From assembly GCA_039189765.1 (NCBI GenBank), contig JBCCYL010000017.1:29102-93101 (forward strand): a stretch of DNA of 64,000 bases. Reading direction: 5' to 3'. The notes under the pieces were generated by a model that had not been told where the DNA came from, made no database searches, and was given only the letters and a program-made list of their open reading frames with translations. The DNA is from Cyanobacteria bacterium P01_F01_bin.150 (GTDB lineage: Bacteria > Cyanobacteriota > Cyanobacteriia > CAKZMO01). Shown here in pieces: positions 29,774 through 39,584 of this stretch. How positions within the stretch are numbered: position 1 is the first letter of the stretch; each line of letters starts with the position of its first letter. The position numbers and the translations under genes were made by a program.

Positions 29774-29877
29774 GCCTAACGGTGAAGTTGATGGCCAGAA
29801 CCTTGCAATAAAGACTCTGACATGCTACTTTTAGTCATCATTAAATTTACTTTGAGTAACTCCAATCGGTGCTAAAA
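29774..29877 (-). other. degenerate attC-like site
   Basis: Minus-strand ...TCAACT TCACC GTTAGGC R'-type end; matching R''/L'' half degraded. Confidence 0.4.
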
Positions 29878-30804
29878 CATCCTTCACAGCTAGCTTTTGA
29901 ATATTCAACCTTTGAGTATGGTTCTTCATTAGGAATACATGCAGATTGTTTTGAATGGCTAGGTAAAGTGCCTGAGAATAGCATCCATGCTGTAGTGACC
30001 GATCCCCCATATGGAGTTAAGGAGTACGATTTTGATCAGCTAGAGAAAAAAAATAACGGCAGAGGCGGAATTTGGAGAATACCACCATCATTTGATGGAA
30101 ATGTGCGTTCTCCTTTGCCGCGTTTTACAGCTCTTAACGAAAAGGAAAGAGCTCATTTACAACGCTTTTTCCTGGAATGGACGAAAATGATTATTCGGCC
30201 TATTTGTCCTGGTGGTCATATATTTATTGCTTCTAACACCTTTCTTTCGCAACTTGTATTTCAATCTTTAATAGATGGTGGACTAGAATATAGAGGGACA
30301 GCGATTCGGTTAGTCAGAACCTTGCGTGGTGGGGATAGGCCCAAAAATGCAGAAGAAGAGTTTGAGGATGTGTGCTCTATGCCTCGCGGCTGTTTTGAAC
30401 CCTGGGGTATTTTTCGTAAACCCTTCCTGAAAGGAATGAGAGTTAGTGACTGCCTTAAAGAATTTGGAACTGGAGGGCTAAGAAGAAAGTCTGATGGTAA
30501 TCCTTTCGAAGATGTTATCAATAGTGAACGAACCCCTCGAAAGGAAAGATTAATTGCAGATCATCCCAGCTTAAAACCACAATCTTTTCTGAGAAAAATT
30601 GTTTATGCCTCTTTACCTTTAGGCAATGGTATTGTTGTAGACCCTTTCATGGGTTCGGGTTCTACGATTGCTGCGGCTGCGGCTATTGGCTATCAAGGAA
30701 TTGGAATCGAGAGATATAAAGATTACTTTGATGTAAGTAAAGGAGCAGTTCCTAAACTTGCAGCCTTGCAGACTAAAGATTTACAACTTTCTTTGTTAGT
30801 TTGA
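29869..30804 (+). CDS. N4/N6 DNA methyltransferase (beta class)
   Basis: TDPPY near N-terminus; HPSLKP and DPFMGSGS near C-terminus. Confidence 0.93.
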   Translation: MLKHPSQLAFEYSTFEYGSSLGIHADCFEWLGKVPENSIHAVVTDPPYGVKEYDFDQLEKKNNGRGGIWRIPPSFDGNVRSPLPRFTALNEKERAHLQRFFLEWTKMIIRPICPGGHIFIASNTFLSQLVFQSLIDGGLEYRGTAIRLVRTLRGGDRPKNAEEEFEDVCSMPRGCFEPWGIFRKPFLKGMRVSDCLKEFGTGGLRRKSDGNPFEDVINSERTPRKERLIADHPSLKPQSFLRKIVYASLPLGNGIVVDPFMGSGSTIAAAAAIGYQGIGIERYKDYFDVSKGAVPKLAALQTKDLQLSLLV

Positions 30805-31446
30805 GAAATCTTGATATACCCAGTTCTCTTTCATCTTGCTAGAGCCTTTCTTGTTAACACTTGCTGTTATGGTCCGCCTGCTAGTTGAAGAACGGCCAGA
30901 AAAATTCCAATCTCCTTCCTCTAACTTAGCCGCATATACTGCTTTGAAAATAAAGGACTTAGGATTTATGCCTTTAACTTTGTCATTTGATGTGTTGCTA
31001 TCAAAGCAGAAAACCATAAGCCAAACAGCCTCAGGATTATGGCCTTGCCAACCACTCAAATGCCTAGAAGCTTTTATCTCAAGACCCTGATCAGAATACT
31101 GAACAGCATTGTTAGGAAAGGTATTTACAGGAATTAAATCTGGATGCCCATTGTGATACTGATTCTTGGCAAGTGTAGGACAATGTTTGGGAATATTCAT
31201 ATTCATAAATTCACCTACAATACTACTGAAATTGGCAGGCATCAAAAAGCTCTCTAGACGAGACATCCTCTTTGTTTGAAGCTGGCCGTTAATAAAACCG
31301 ATGAAGTCTATAAACTCACCCATAGCTTGATAAATATGAGACACTTCTAAACCATATGGCAACTCGCATTTATCATTAAATAAACTAAAGTTGACTGATA
31401 TTGGCAAACATGCCTGAAGCTCTTTCTCAGCATCATTATTGATCAT
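30796..31446 (-). CDS. putative type II restriction endonuclease
   Basis: HPDL...LEIKAS PD-(D/E)xK; coupled to C gene, convergent with MTase; ATG 31446. Confidence 0.78.
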   Translation of the reverse strand: MINNDAEKELQACLPISVNFSLFNDKCELPYGLEVSHIYQAMGEFIDFIGFINGQLQTKRMSRLESFLMPANFSSIVGEFMNMNIPKHCPTLAKNQYHNGHPDLIPVNTFPNNAVQYSDQGLEIKASRHLSGWQGHNPEAVWLMVFCFDSNTSNDKVKGINPKSFIFKAVYAAKLEEGDWNFSGRSSTSRRTITASVNKKGSSKMKENWVYQDFSN

Positions 31447-31669
31447 TGATATGATTTGGCTTTGATTCCAACAACTGTGAAGGTTCAACGCCAAGCACTG
31501 CCGCAATTTTCTCTATATTGAGTGCAGAGATGTTTCTCTCGCCCCTTTCAACAGAACCAACGTAAGTTCTGTGCAAATCAGCTAAGTCAGCCAATTGCTC
31601 CTGACTTAGTTCAAGTTTTTTCCGATAAAACTTGATATTTGACCCAATAATGGCAAGTATGCTCGACAT
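31436..31669 (-). CDS. R-M controller (C) protein, XRE HTH
   Basis: SQEQLADLADLHRTYVGSVERGERNIS; upstream C-box. Confidence 0.88.
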   Translation of the reverse strand: MSSILAIIGSNIKFYRKKLELSQEQLADLADLHRTYVGSVERGERNISALNIEKIAAVLGVEPSQLLESKPNHINDQ

Positions 31670-31687
31670 GGGTCTAATTTCGCAAAT

Positions 31688-31722
31688 ATGCTACTTATAA
31701 GTCTACAGCTTATAAGTAGCAT
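31688..31722 (-). promoter_or_regulatory. double C-box operator
   Basis: ATGCTACTTATAAGCTGTAGACTTATAAGTAGCAT, 35-bp near-palindrome 18 bp upstream of C start. Confidence 0.85.
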
Positions 31723-31820
31723 TTATTTCTACAGAGTTGTTCTTGCTCTTAAAGCTTGCATCTGTAAATCAATTCTTTGGAAATTGTTGTCAGTTTAGTC
31801 GGCTACCTAATTAGTCGGGC

Positions 31821-32125
31821 ACCTAACAATTTATTAGAGGGAAAATTTCTGCCTAATCCACTTGTCAAGCAGATTAGTTAGCAGCTTATCTGTAATCCAC
31901 CTATAAGGTAGGTTAGTTAGAAACTTGTCCGCCTAATATCCCTATGCGGTTAGTTTAGGCAGAAATCATTCAGCTCAACACGCTGATATGGGGGATTAGA
32001 TAGAAATTCATCCGCCTAATCTGCTTATATGGATGATTAGGCAGAAAAGCTCAGTCTAATCTCCTCTTCAATAGGACATGGGAACTGCTTAATGTTTATT
32101 CGTCAGATTTAATACAAGGTTACTT
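31821..32125 (-). other. integron-like platform copy 1 (attI-like site plus ~41-bp repeat ladder, no integrase)
   Basis: Homologous to 39359-39584; homology starts at GTTAGG core (31821-27). Confidence 0.7.
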
Positions 32126-32306
32126 TGCATAAGGCGAAGATTCTTGGTTCAGGGACGATGTAAGATGCGATCGCCCTCCACCAAAGCGATCGCCCTTCAC
32201 TAACGCATCCTTTTGCAAAGTTGGAGCGGGTTCGAAACATAACAAACTTGGTCCGCCCGTTGATGATGAAATTCTTAAAACGCGCTCATCCCTCGTTATC
32301 ACTCGT

Positions 32307-32675
32307 TCACAGTAATGAACGAATAAGAACTAAACCATCCACAACGGTGTCTAGCTGTAGTCGATATCCTTTAAGCAACCTCATGCCTAATAGTGGATCA
32401 GTTTCGGCTGCATTCACTTCAATCTGCTGATATTGTCCATCCCAAATGACTTGGGCATCATAGACATCAAAGAGGGTTTCACTACCATCTCCTAACGTAC
32501 CGCGATCGCGATATTTCCACGATAATCCAAGCTCAGCAATCATACTACTCGGTAAACTTAGGAACCCGGTAAATCCTGTATCAATCACAGCATTAACTGA
32601 CTTCAGGTTCGCGCCATTTTTGAGGGTAACTGAAATCACTGCTTCGTAGTTTTTGTTAACGTACCCCTGCATCAT
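32307..32675 (-). CDS. clan AA aspartic protease-like protein
   Basis: AVIDTGFTG, PLLGMRLL. Confidence 0.85.
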   Translation of the reverse strand: MMQGYVNKNYEAVISVTLKNGANLKSVNAVIDTGFTGFLSLPSSMIAELGLSWKYRDRGTLGDGSETLFDVYDAQVIWDGQYQQIEVNAAETDPLLGMRLLKGYRLQLDTVVDGLVLIRSLL

Positions 32676-32947
32676 TGGGAATCTTTTAGACTCCGTGCCC
32701 CAAAGCGATGAACGGCACGATAGCCTATGCGAATAACCCACGGTTGAGCATCGGGCAAACGCTGGTAGAGCTTTGCCGTAGCCATCATAGTATCGTCACC
32801 CATTTCAAATGCGCCTGTCTCAATATCAATCGCTACAATTTTGCCGTGATTATCTGCTTCAATTTGCGGGCGAATTTGGGCTTCGTACCAGCGATCGCCC
32901 TTCTGGGCAAATTCTTCTTTACTGTAGCGAGGTTGTCGAACGGCCAT
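32672..32947 (-). CDS. hypothetical protein coupled to the aspartic protease gene
   Basis: GKIVAIDIETG..RIG; stop overlaps downstream start. Confidence 0.75.
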   Translation of the reverse strand: MAVRQPRYSKEEFAQKGDRWYEAQIRPQIEADNHGKIVAIDIETGAFEMGDDTMMATAKLYQRLPDAQPWVIRIGYRAVHRFGARSLKDSQ

Positions 32948-33052
32948 GGTTTTGGAGTGACCTAAGGGTTTCTCCATTATTTTAGCGTGGTCACACTACA
33001 ATTTTGTGCGATCGCCCTCCACCAAAGCGATCATAAAGTCCCTTAACCCCTC

Positions 33053-33346
33053 TCATAACGTATCGGGCCAACGATGGGAACCATGAAGTACAGCTAAAAC
33101 CTCAATGCTATTTTGCCGAATACGATAGGGGAGTATAAACGGAGTACGGGGAACGACCAATTCACGAGTTTGATTCACTCGGCCTATGCGCCCCATCTCA
33201 GGAAACTGTTGCAGCGATTGTAAGGATTTGTCAATGCGTTCAATGATTTGCTGGGCCGTGTCTGGAGCCGTTTCAGCGATGTAGTCATAGGCATGATTTA
33301 AATCAGCGATCGCTTGCTTGGTCCACTTCATCTTTATTGTCGCCAT
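33053..33346 (-). CDS. RelE/ParE family toxin
   Basis: WTKQAIADL, FPEMGR, TRELV, YRI..VLAVLH. Confidence 0.88.
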   Translation of the reverse strand: MATIKMKWTKQAIADLNHAYDYIAETAPDTAQQIIERIDKSLQSLQQFPEMGRIGRVNQTRELVVPRTPFILPYRIRQNSIEVLAVLHGSHRWPDTL

Positions 33347-33576
33347 CGGTCAAATGCAGCCTTTACTTCATCATCCGTCGCAAATTCATCGGCATCCGCT
33401 TGCTGAACCCCGTCAAGGATATGAGCGACTTGCCACCGATGGAGTTCTAAATACAGATCAATGGCTTCGTTGAGGACATAAGTGCGATCTCGATCGATCC
33501 CTTCGGCGATTTCATCCAGGGCTGTACGTTTTTCTGAGGTAAGGCGAAAGGTCACGGTGTCTTTGCTGACGGTCAC
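33334..33576 (-). CDS. CopG/RHH antitoxin
   Basis: TVTFRL...LDEIA..DRDRTYVLNEAI; overlaps toxin. Confidence 0.85.
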   Translation of the reverse strand: MTVSKDTVTFRLTSEKRTALDEIAEGIDRDRTYVLNEAIDLYLELHRWQVAHILDGVQQADADEFATDDEVKAAFDRWRQ

Positions 33577-33743
33577 GGTGAATTAACCTACTGTGTGATG
33601 AAATAATATGCTGTATTACAGTGTAAGACTAGCACATCCGAACATTGATAATCCCAAGAAAGCTGTCTGATGTCATAAATCGAGAAAAGCGATGTGACTA
33701 CTGTGACGTCTATATAATAGGGATTGTCGCTCGAAAAAAATTG

Positions 33744-34070
33744 ATGGTTACTCCCTCTACACCCACATCAACGTCAATTGAAATAGGCTTTAAGGCGCTT
33801 TCCGATCCGCTGCGGGTGAGAATCGTTGAAGCGCTGCAAGAACAAGAAATGTGTGTATGTGATTTGAGCGATCGCCTCGACATCCGTCAATCCAAGCTGT
33901 CCTTTCATCTCAAGGTACTCAAAGAAGCCCAACTATTGCGCTCTACCCAAGCCGGGAAATGGACCTACTACAGCCTCAACCTTCCCCAGTTCGCCACCCT
34001 AGAGCAGTATCTGGCCGATATCCGACGGTTAAGTCCAATGTTGCCCCCACGGGTATGTGCAGATGATTGA
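33744..34070 (+). CDS. arsR: ArsR/SmtB regulator
   Basis: FKALSDPLR, EMCVCDL, SKLSFHLKVL. Confidence 0.9.
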   Translation: MVTPSTPTSTSIEIGFKALSDPLRVRIVEALQEQEMCVCDLSDRLDIRQSKLSFHLKVLKEAQLLRSTQAGKWTYYSLNLPQFATLEQYLADIRRLSPMLPPRVCADD

Positions 34071-34137
34071 TGATTGACCAAAGTTGATATGACGGTTCGA
34101 AAATTTTGCACCCATCAGGTCTGATCTTCACCCATGA

Positions 34138-34247
34138 CCACCCGCAAGTAAACTGCGGGCTAGCAAGAAAAGTCCCTACGGAACTCCCACTCTTCCGGAA
34201 ATCCTGAAGGGATTTGCTGAAATAGCCCGCCATTTATTCGCGGGTGA
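34138..34247. repeat. REP-like inverted hairpin pair
   Basis: CACCCGCAAGTAAACTGCGGGCTA ... TAGCCCGCCATTTATTCGCGGGTG. Confidence 0.5.
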
Positions 34248-34291
34248 AATTTGGTATGACCTTATTGTTCGTTCTATTCTTAAAACGATTG

Positions 34292-34317
34292 ATCAAATCA
34301 ACTTTTTTTGATTTGAT
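34292..34317. promoter_or_regulatory. ArsR operator
   Basis: ATCAAATCAA-CTTTTT-TTGATTTGAT containing ATCAA-N6-TTGAT upstream of gap-arsJ. Confidence 0.75.
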
Positions 34318-34367
34318 AAGAGTGGTTTTCGCAGTGTGACGTGAAACAACCACAGGAATGAACGGAT

Positions 34368-35381
34368 ATGGTGAAGGTTGCAATCAATGGGTTTGGTAGA
34401 ATCGGACGCCTGGTCTTACGGGCCTCTTGGCTTTGGCCAGAGCTAGAGTTCACCCACATCAACGAAATTAAAGGGGGATCGGTCGCCGCCGCTCATCTGC
34501 TCAAATTTGATTCGGTCCACGGTCGCTGGCAACCAGAGGTGGAAGCCGTAGGCGAAGACAAAATTACCATTGATGGCGTGCCTGTCACCTTTAGCGACTA
34601 TGCCACTCCTGGGGATGTGCCGTGGGATGAGCTAGGCGTGGATATGGTGCTGGAATGTTCGGGCAAATTTCGCACCCCTGAACTGCTAGAGCCATACTTC
34701 AAGCGCAGGGTGAAAAAAGTGATCGTGGCCGCGCCCGTAAAACAGGGGGCATTGAATATCGTCTATGGCATTAACGATCACCTCTACAACCCAGATGAGC
34801 ATCACCTCCTCACTGCCGCATCGTGTACGACGAATTGTATTGCCCCTGTGGTGAAAGTCATTTATGAAGGCTTGGGAATTAAGCATGGGGTGATCACGAC
34901 CATTCACGACATCACCAATACCCAAACCATCGTGGATGCTCCCCATAAAGATTTACGACGGGCCAGGGCTAATAGTTTATCGCTGGTCCCCACCACCACC
35001 GGATCTGCCACAGCCATTGGCATGATTTACCCTGAACTCAATGGCAAACTTAATGGGCTAGCGGTTCGGGTGCCGTTGCTCAATGCGTCCCTGACGGATT
35101 GTGTGTTTGAGGTGGAGCAGTCCACCAGCGCTGAAGCGGTGAACGACCTATTTAAATCTGCATCAGAAGGAGACCTCAAGGGCATTTTAGGCTACGAGAC
35201 CCGCCCCTTGGTGTCCATTGACTACAAAGACGATCCGCGTTCCTCAATCATTGATGCCCTCTCCACCATGGTGGTGGACGGCACTCAAGTGAAAGTGCTG
35301 GCCTGGTACGACAACGAGTGGGGCTATTCCAACCGCATGGCTGAACTCACTCGAAAAGTTGCCCATTCGCTCTCCCAATAA
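34368..35381 (+). CDS. gap: ArsJ-associated glyceraldehyde-3-phosphate dehydrogenase
   Basis: [25 protein letters not shown]; adjacent to arsJ. Confidence 0.95.
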   Translation: MVKVAINGFGRIGRLVLRASWLWPELEFTHINEIKGGSVAAAHLLKFDSVHGRWQPEVEAVGEDKITIDGVPVTFSDYATPGDVPWDELGVDMVLECSGKFRTPELLEPYFKRRVKKVIVAAPVKQGALNIVYGINDHLYNPDEHHLLTAASCTTNCIAPVVKVIYEGLGIKHGVITTIHDITNTQTIVDAPHKDLRRARANSLSLVPTTTGSATAIGMIYPELNGKLNGLAVRVPLLNASLTDCVFEVEQSTSAEAVNDLFKSASEGDLKGILGYETRPLVSIDYKDDPRSSIIDALSTMVVDGTQVKVLAWYDNEWGYSNRMAELTRKVAHSLSQ

Positions 35382-35394
35382 ATAATTAAAGTCC

Positions 35395-36651
35395 ATGACA
35401 TCTTCAATCACATTTGATCAGGCAGGGGTTCGCAATTACGCCCTTGTAACAGCTGCCTACTGGGGGTTTACGGTTACGGACGGAGCACTACGGATGCTGG
35501 TGCTTCTCTATTTTCACACCCTGGGCTACACGCCCCTAGAAGTGGCCATGCTGTTTCTGTTCTATGAAATTTTTGGCATTGTCACCAATTTATTTGGGGG
35601 ATGGATTGGATCTCGATTTGGGGTAAAGCTGACCCTTTACGGTGGCATTGCCCTGCAAATTTTGGCGTTAGTGATGCTGACTCCGGTGAATGAATCGTGG
35701 GCGATCGCCCTTGCTGTCCCCTACGTCATGGTCGCTCAAGCCATTGCGGGGATGGCCAAAGACTTCACCAAGATGAGTTCAAAAAGTGCGATTCGACTGG
35801 TGATTCCTCAAAATGCCCAATCATCCCTATTCAAATGGGTGGCGATCCTGACGGGGTCGAAGAATGCCCTGAAAGGGGTGGGCTTTTTCCTCGGCAGTGT
35901 CCTACTGGCCTCCTTTGGGTATGTGGCGGCCTTACTGGTGATGGCCGGTGGATTATGTTTGGTGCTGCTCTCTGGTTACCTTCTACCGAATGGCATGGGC
36001 AAGGTCAAAGCCAAGGTTCCCTTCCGCCAAATTTTTTCAAAGAGTCGAGAAATCAATATTCTTTCTGCGGCCCGTTTTTTCCTCTTCGGTGCACGGGATG
36101 TTTGGTTTGTGGTGGGCTTACCCGTGTTCCTATACAGTCAGCTAAACTGGTCGTTTGAGCAGGTGGGCGGATTTCTAGCAATTTGGGTAATTGGATACGG
36201 GATTGTGCAATCTCTGGCTCCAACCCTGCTCCGGCGGTTTGGCTCTGGACAACCACCCAAAGCAGGAACCATTCGCTTCTGGACCGGATTTTTGATTGCG
36301 ATGCCAGCGGCGATCGCCCTTGCCCTACAAACCGGACGTCCCCCCGGCCAAACGATTGTGATTGGCTTGATGGCCTTTGGCATTGTCTTTGCGTTCAATT
36401 CAGCGGTTCATTCCTACCTAGTATTGGCCTATACCGAGGACGACAAGGTCGCCTTAAATGTGGGGTTTTACTATATGGCCAATTCAGGCGGACGTTTGGC
36501 GGGAACTGTGCTGTCTGGTCTCATCTTCCAGCTCTATGGATTAGTTGGATGTTTGTGGGTGTCCACAGTTTTTGTCTTGTTGGCTGAACTGGTTACGCTC
36601 AAACTGCCAAATCCCAAACAAGGGAGCGTTGCCCAAGCCCACCGATCGTGA
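35395..36651 (+). CDS. arsJ: organoarsenical efflux MFS transporter ArsJ
   Basis: YWGFTVTDGALRMLV, KMSSKSA, LTGSKNALKG, VGFYYMAN. Confidence 0.93.
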   Translation: MTSSITFDQAGVRNYALVTAAYWGFTVTDGALRMLVLLYFHTLGYTPLEVAMLFLFYEIFGIVTNLFGGWIGSRFGVKLTLYGGIALQILALVMLTPVNESWAIALAVPYVMVAQAIAGMAKDFTKMSSKSAIRLVIPQNAQSSLFKWVAILTGSKNALKGVGFFLGSVLLASFGYVAALLVMAGGLCLVLLSGYLLPNGMGKVKAKVPFRQIFSKSREINILSAARFFLFGARDVWFVVGLPVFLYSQLNWSFEQVGGFLAIWVIGYGIVQSLAPTLLRRFGSGQPPKAGTIRFWTGFLIAMPAAIALALQTGRPPGQTIVIGLMAFGIVFAFNSAVHSYLVLAYTEDDKVALNVGFYYMANSGGRLAGTVLSGLIFQLYGLVGCLWVSTVFVLLAELVTLKLPNPKQGSVAQAHRS

Positions 36652-36679
36652 ACAAACCCAGGGGTAGTATGCTGGGTAG

Positions 36680-37158
36680 ATGTCTTATCAACCGCCTTTT
36701 GATATTACGTCTAAAATTATCAACTGTGGCAGACTCTGATTTTGGGTCAGTGGAATCCCCTTTTTCTGCTCTTGCCGATCGAAAGTGTGATTAAGGAGGA
36801 ACAAGAGCGTTATTACCACACTCTGGAATTAGCGGATCGGGCTGCAAATAGTACGGTCTTTATCGAGTTTATGTTGGAGATTATCGGTGACGCCCTGACT
36901 GAGGCAACGTCTGCTACGAATCAAGCTAGCGACCAAGCTAGCGACCAAGTTAGCGACCAAGTTCAAAAGCTGCTGGCTGTTATGGGCAATGGCTTCTCCA
37001 CAGCCCAGAGCCTGATGGAACAGTTAGAGTTATCTCATCGACCGACGTTTCGTAAGAACTATTTGGTTCCAGCTTTAGAGGCAGGGCTCATAGAAATGAA
37101 ATATCCAGATAAGCCTCGTAGTCCGAAGCAGCAGTATCGCAGGCAATTGATTTACTAA
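36680..37158 (+). pseudogene. Fic-family gene with internal deletion
   Basis: MSYQPPFDIT N-terminus joins out of frame to LWQTLIL; no HPFxxGNGR; C-terminal HTH PRSPKQQY; 12-bp QASD repeats. Confidence 0.75.
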
Positions 37159-37179
37159 CGAAGGGTTAGCCAACTGTTG

Positions 37180-37569
37180 TTACTTTAGCCAACGAAACCC
37201 TTTCTCTCCTTTTAGCTTGCGATCAAAGCTGGCAGTTTCTGTACAACCGATCTGTTTTGATATTGCCCCGATCAGGTAGTCAGAGAAGTCTGCTTTACCC
37301 TGTTTGTATCGCTGTAGGGCTTGATCTGCCGTTGAACGGTTTTCAAAGGCAAATGCAGCACTGTGAAGCATAGCCTCTAGAACACTGATAATTTCGACCT
37401 TCTGAAAACGGTAGTTATTTCCTCTGAGCACCCAAACCAGCTCACAGAGAACGATATTGCTAATAAAGCAGGGTTGGTTTTGTTGAATCAGTTGATCAGC
37501 TTGCTGCCATTGCTGTTCATCGTCCCGAGTAAGGTAGCGCACCAGGATATTGGTATCAAGTCCAATCAT
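37180..37569 (-). CDS. VapC PIN toxin
   Basis: MIGLDTNILVR, VLCELVWVL, DFSD, SFD. Confidence 0.9.
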   Translation of the reverse strand: MIGLDTNILVRYLTRDDEQQWQQADQLIQQNQPCFISNIVLCELVWVLRGNNYRFQKVEIISVLEAMLHSAAFAFENRSTADQALQRYKQGKADFSDYLIGAISKQIGCTETASFDRKLKGEKGFRWLK

Positions 37570-37801
37570 TGGCTCCCTCGGATATAGCCGCGTCCATATC
37601 TTTGAGCGTCGTTGGTTGAGTACTGGGTCGATGAAGGATACCGGATAGGGTTTCGACTGCGACGTTAAGAGGGAAAAGTTTGACCTGACCGTCTTCGTCA
37701 ATGACAAATTCAACTCGACTACCGCTAGCTAGCCTAAGATGTTCTCGAATTTCTTCAGGCAAGGTAATTTGTCCGGTGTCGGTTACAGTTGTACTCAGCA
37801 T
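37556..37801 (-). CDS. AbrB/MazE-type antitoxin
   Basis: GQITLPEEIREHL...G.RVEF. Confidence 0.88.
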   Translation of the reverse strand: MLSTTVTDTGQITLPEEIREHLRLASGSRVEFVIDEDGQVKLFPLNVAVETLSGILHRPSTQPTTLKDMDAAISEGANDWT

Positions 37802-38040
37802 GGCGAGAAAGACGATAGTGCTAACACTATAATTTTAACCAAATTAATTAGGCCATCCTACTAAAACATTCTACAATTTGGTGCCCATCAGGCTGGGACT
37901 TATGTGAAGGCATTGGCAATGCCTTCACAATATTCAGTAAGGGCGATCGCGTTATTGGAGGCGATACGGGCAAAGCTCAGGCAAGCCTTTCTTGAATGCC
38001 CAAAGGGGGTGTTTAATCCGTTTATGGAGGGTATTGAATT

Positions 38041-38388
38041 ATGGATCGATTAGAGCAATATCGCACAACCTTGGAGAAGGTTTTACATCAACATGCTCAA
38101 CTTTCTCAGCAGGTTCGGGCAGATCATCCCAATGATCCAGACAGTCCGGCTGAGGCGATCGCTGTTTGTGATCCGAAAACGGACAACTATTTGTTGATTA
38201 CAGCAGGATGGACACCCAGTCACCGCATCCATAGTATCCTGGCTCATTTCCGCATCATCGATGAGCATATTTACATTGAGTGGAGTGGGATTGAAGAGCT
38301 GATTGAGGAGCTAGTTGAGCAGGGCATTCCACAATCTGTGTTTCGTCCTGCACAACCGCAATTGCCCACTTCTCAAACAACGGCTTGA
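38041..38388 (+). CDS. XisI family protein
   Basis: MDRLEQY, DNYLLITAGW, ELVEQGIP. Confidence 0.8.
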   Translation: MDRLEQYRTTLEKVLHQHAQLSQQVRADHPNDPDSPAEAIAVCDPKTDNYLLITAGWTPSHRIHSILAHFRIIDEHIYIEWSGIEELIEELVEQGIPQSVFRPAQPQLPTSQTTA

Positions 38389-38695
38389 ATCGTCCCGATG
38401 TTTTATCGCTAGATGTTCATCCTTCAGGCAATTGCTTCGGTCTCCATGCCCCAAAATGATAAACGGCGCGGCTGGTTTTCCTTACGTCTTTCTTGAATGC
38501 CCCTTGGACTATACCCAGCCTACGGCGATCGCACTCCTTTTTTTAGCAGAGCGATTGCATCCTCTCACCCCAAGGCGATCGCATTCTCTCCGAAACACCG
38601 ATAACGTTCACATAAGACACTCAGATTAGGGAAAATATTGATCGTTGAGTTTTCTGCTGTCAACCCAAATTACCGAGGGCGAGCGCACTGAAGCA

Positions 38696-38783
38696 ACATA
38701 ACGGTCGCGCTCACCGGACGCAAACAACTTTCGTAACTCAGCCGAGCATATCACCATGTTCCGGTGCAGCGCAGTTGTTAGGC
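38696..38783 (-). other. integron attC site
   Basis: Minus strand GCCTAAC-N5-CGCTGCAC-CGG...CCG-GTGAGCG-N5-GTTATGT; extrahelical G in L''; GNAT stop lies in R''. Confidence 0.88.
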
Positions 38784-39341
38784 GTTACGGTCATTGTCAG
38801 AGTTGAGTGCTAAGGTCATCAGATGCTCATCGTAGAACTTTCCATCTCTGGAAAAGGTCTCTAGTTCAGTACCATATATACGGAAACCGAACGACTGATA
38901 AAGGCGAGTTGCCGCTTTTTGTTCGGTTACAACATTTAGATTGACCCTTCTGATGCCTGGGGCATTCGCTGCCCAACTCAACGCTTCGCTGATGAGCGCT
39001 CTACCGTAGCCGTGACAACGAAACGGGGGCAAGACATAGAGACCTGCAAGATATCCACGATGCTTCTCGTTGGGTGCTGAATAGCGACAAAGCCGAACGA
39101 TACCAATGAGTTGTCCACTTTGAAACGCGCCGAAAAAGCAGCGGTCATCGCTCTGTGCAAGCCTCACAGCAGTTTCGGAGAGGTGTGGCTCGTCTTCGGG
39201 GAGCGAGCCGAAAGCGGGCGGCTGTTCACGGAGCGCAGATAGGCGAACAGAACGATATGCCTCTGCATCGGCAGAGGTGAGAGCACGTACACTAACTGAC
39301 TTGATATCTTGCAGAGACTTCATGCTTTGGTTATTGTTCAC
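38778..39341 (-). CDS. GNAT acetyltransferase, integron gene cassette
   Basis: GLYVLPPFRCHGYG, LYQSFGF; bounded by GTTAGGC (39359-65) and attC. Confidence 0.88.
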   Translation of the reverse strand: MNNNQSMKSLQDIKSVSVRALTSADAEAYRSVRLSALREQPPAFGSLPEDEPHLSETAVRLAQSDDRCFFGAFQSGQLIGIVRLCRYSAPNEKHRGYLAGLYVLPPFRCHGYGRALISEALSWAANAPGIRRVNLNVVTEQKAATRLYQSFGFRIYGTELETFSRDGKFYDEHLMTLALNSDNDRNA

Positions 39342-39358
39342 GCGGGTAGTGTAGCAAC

Positions 39359-39584
39359 GCCTAACAATTTATGAGAGGGAAACTTTCTGCCTAATCCACT
39401 TGTGAAGCAGATTAAGTAGAAGCTTGTCCGCCTAATCCACCCATGTGGCAGATTAGTTAGAAACTTGTCCTCCTAACATCCTTATTTGGGTGATTAGGCA
39501 GAAACATTCAGTATAATCCCCTCTTCAATAGGACATGGGAACTGTTTAATATTTATTTGCCAGAGTTAATACAAAGTTACTCTT
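39359..39584 (-). other. integron platform copy 2 (attI-like site plus ~41-bp repeat ladder)
   Basis: Between first cassette and divergent intI fragment. Confidence 0.75.

Noticed and set aside
31850..32075. CRISPR array interpretation of the ~41-bp ladder
   Set aside because: Units are degenerate along their whole length, with no constant repeat plus unique 30-40 bp spacer, and no cas genes are present
34368..35381. Housekeeping glycolytic GAPDH
   Set aside because: Context with ArsR operator and arsJ indicates the arsenate-detox paralogue, a known system
38598..38695. Possible further mini-cassette ending at GTTATCG
   Set aside because: No ORF and no pairing L/R boxes found
39528..39582. 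LexA-like boxes upstream of intI (AGGACATGGGAACT, AATACAAAGTTACT)
   Set aside because: Two mismatches each to the cyanobacterial consensus; conservation between copies may simply reflect duplication
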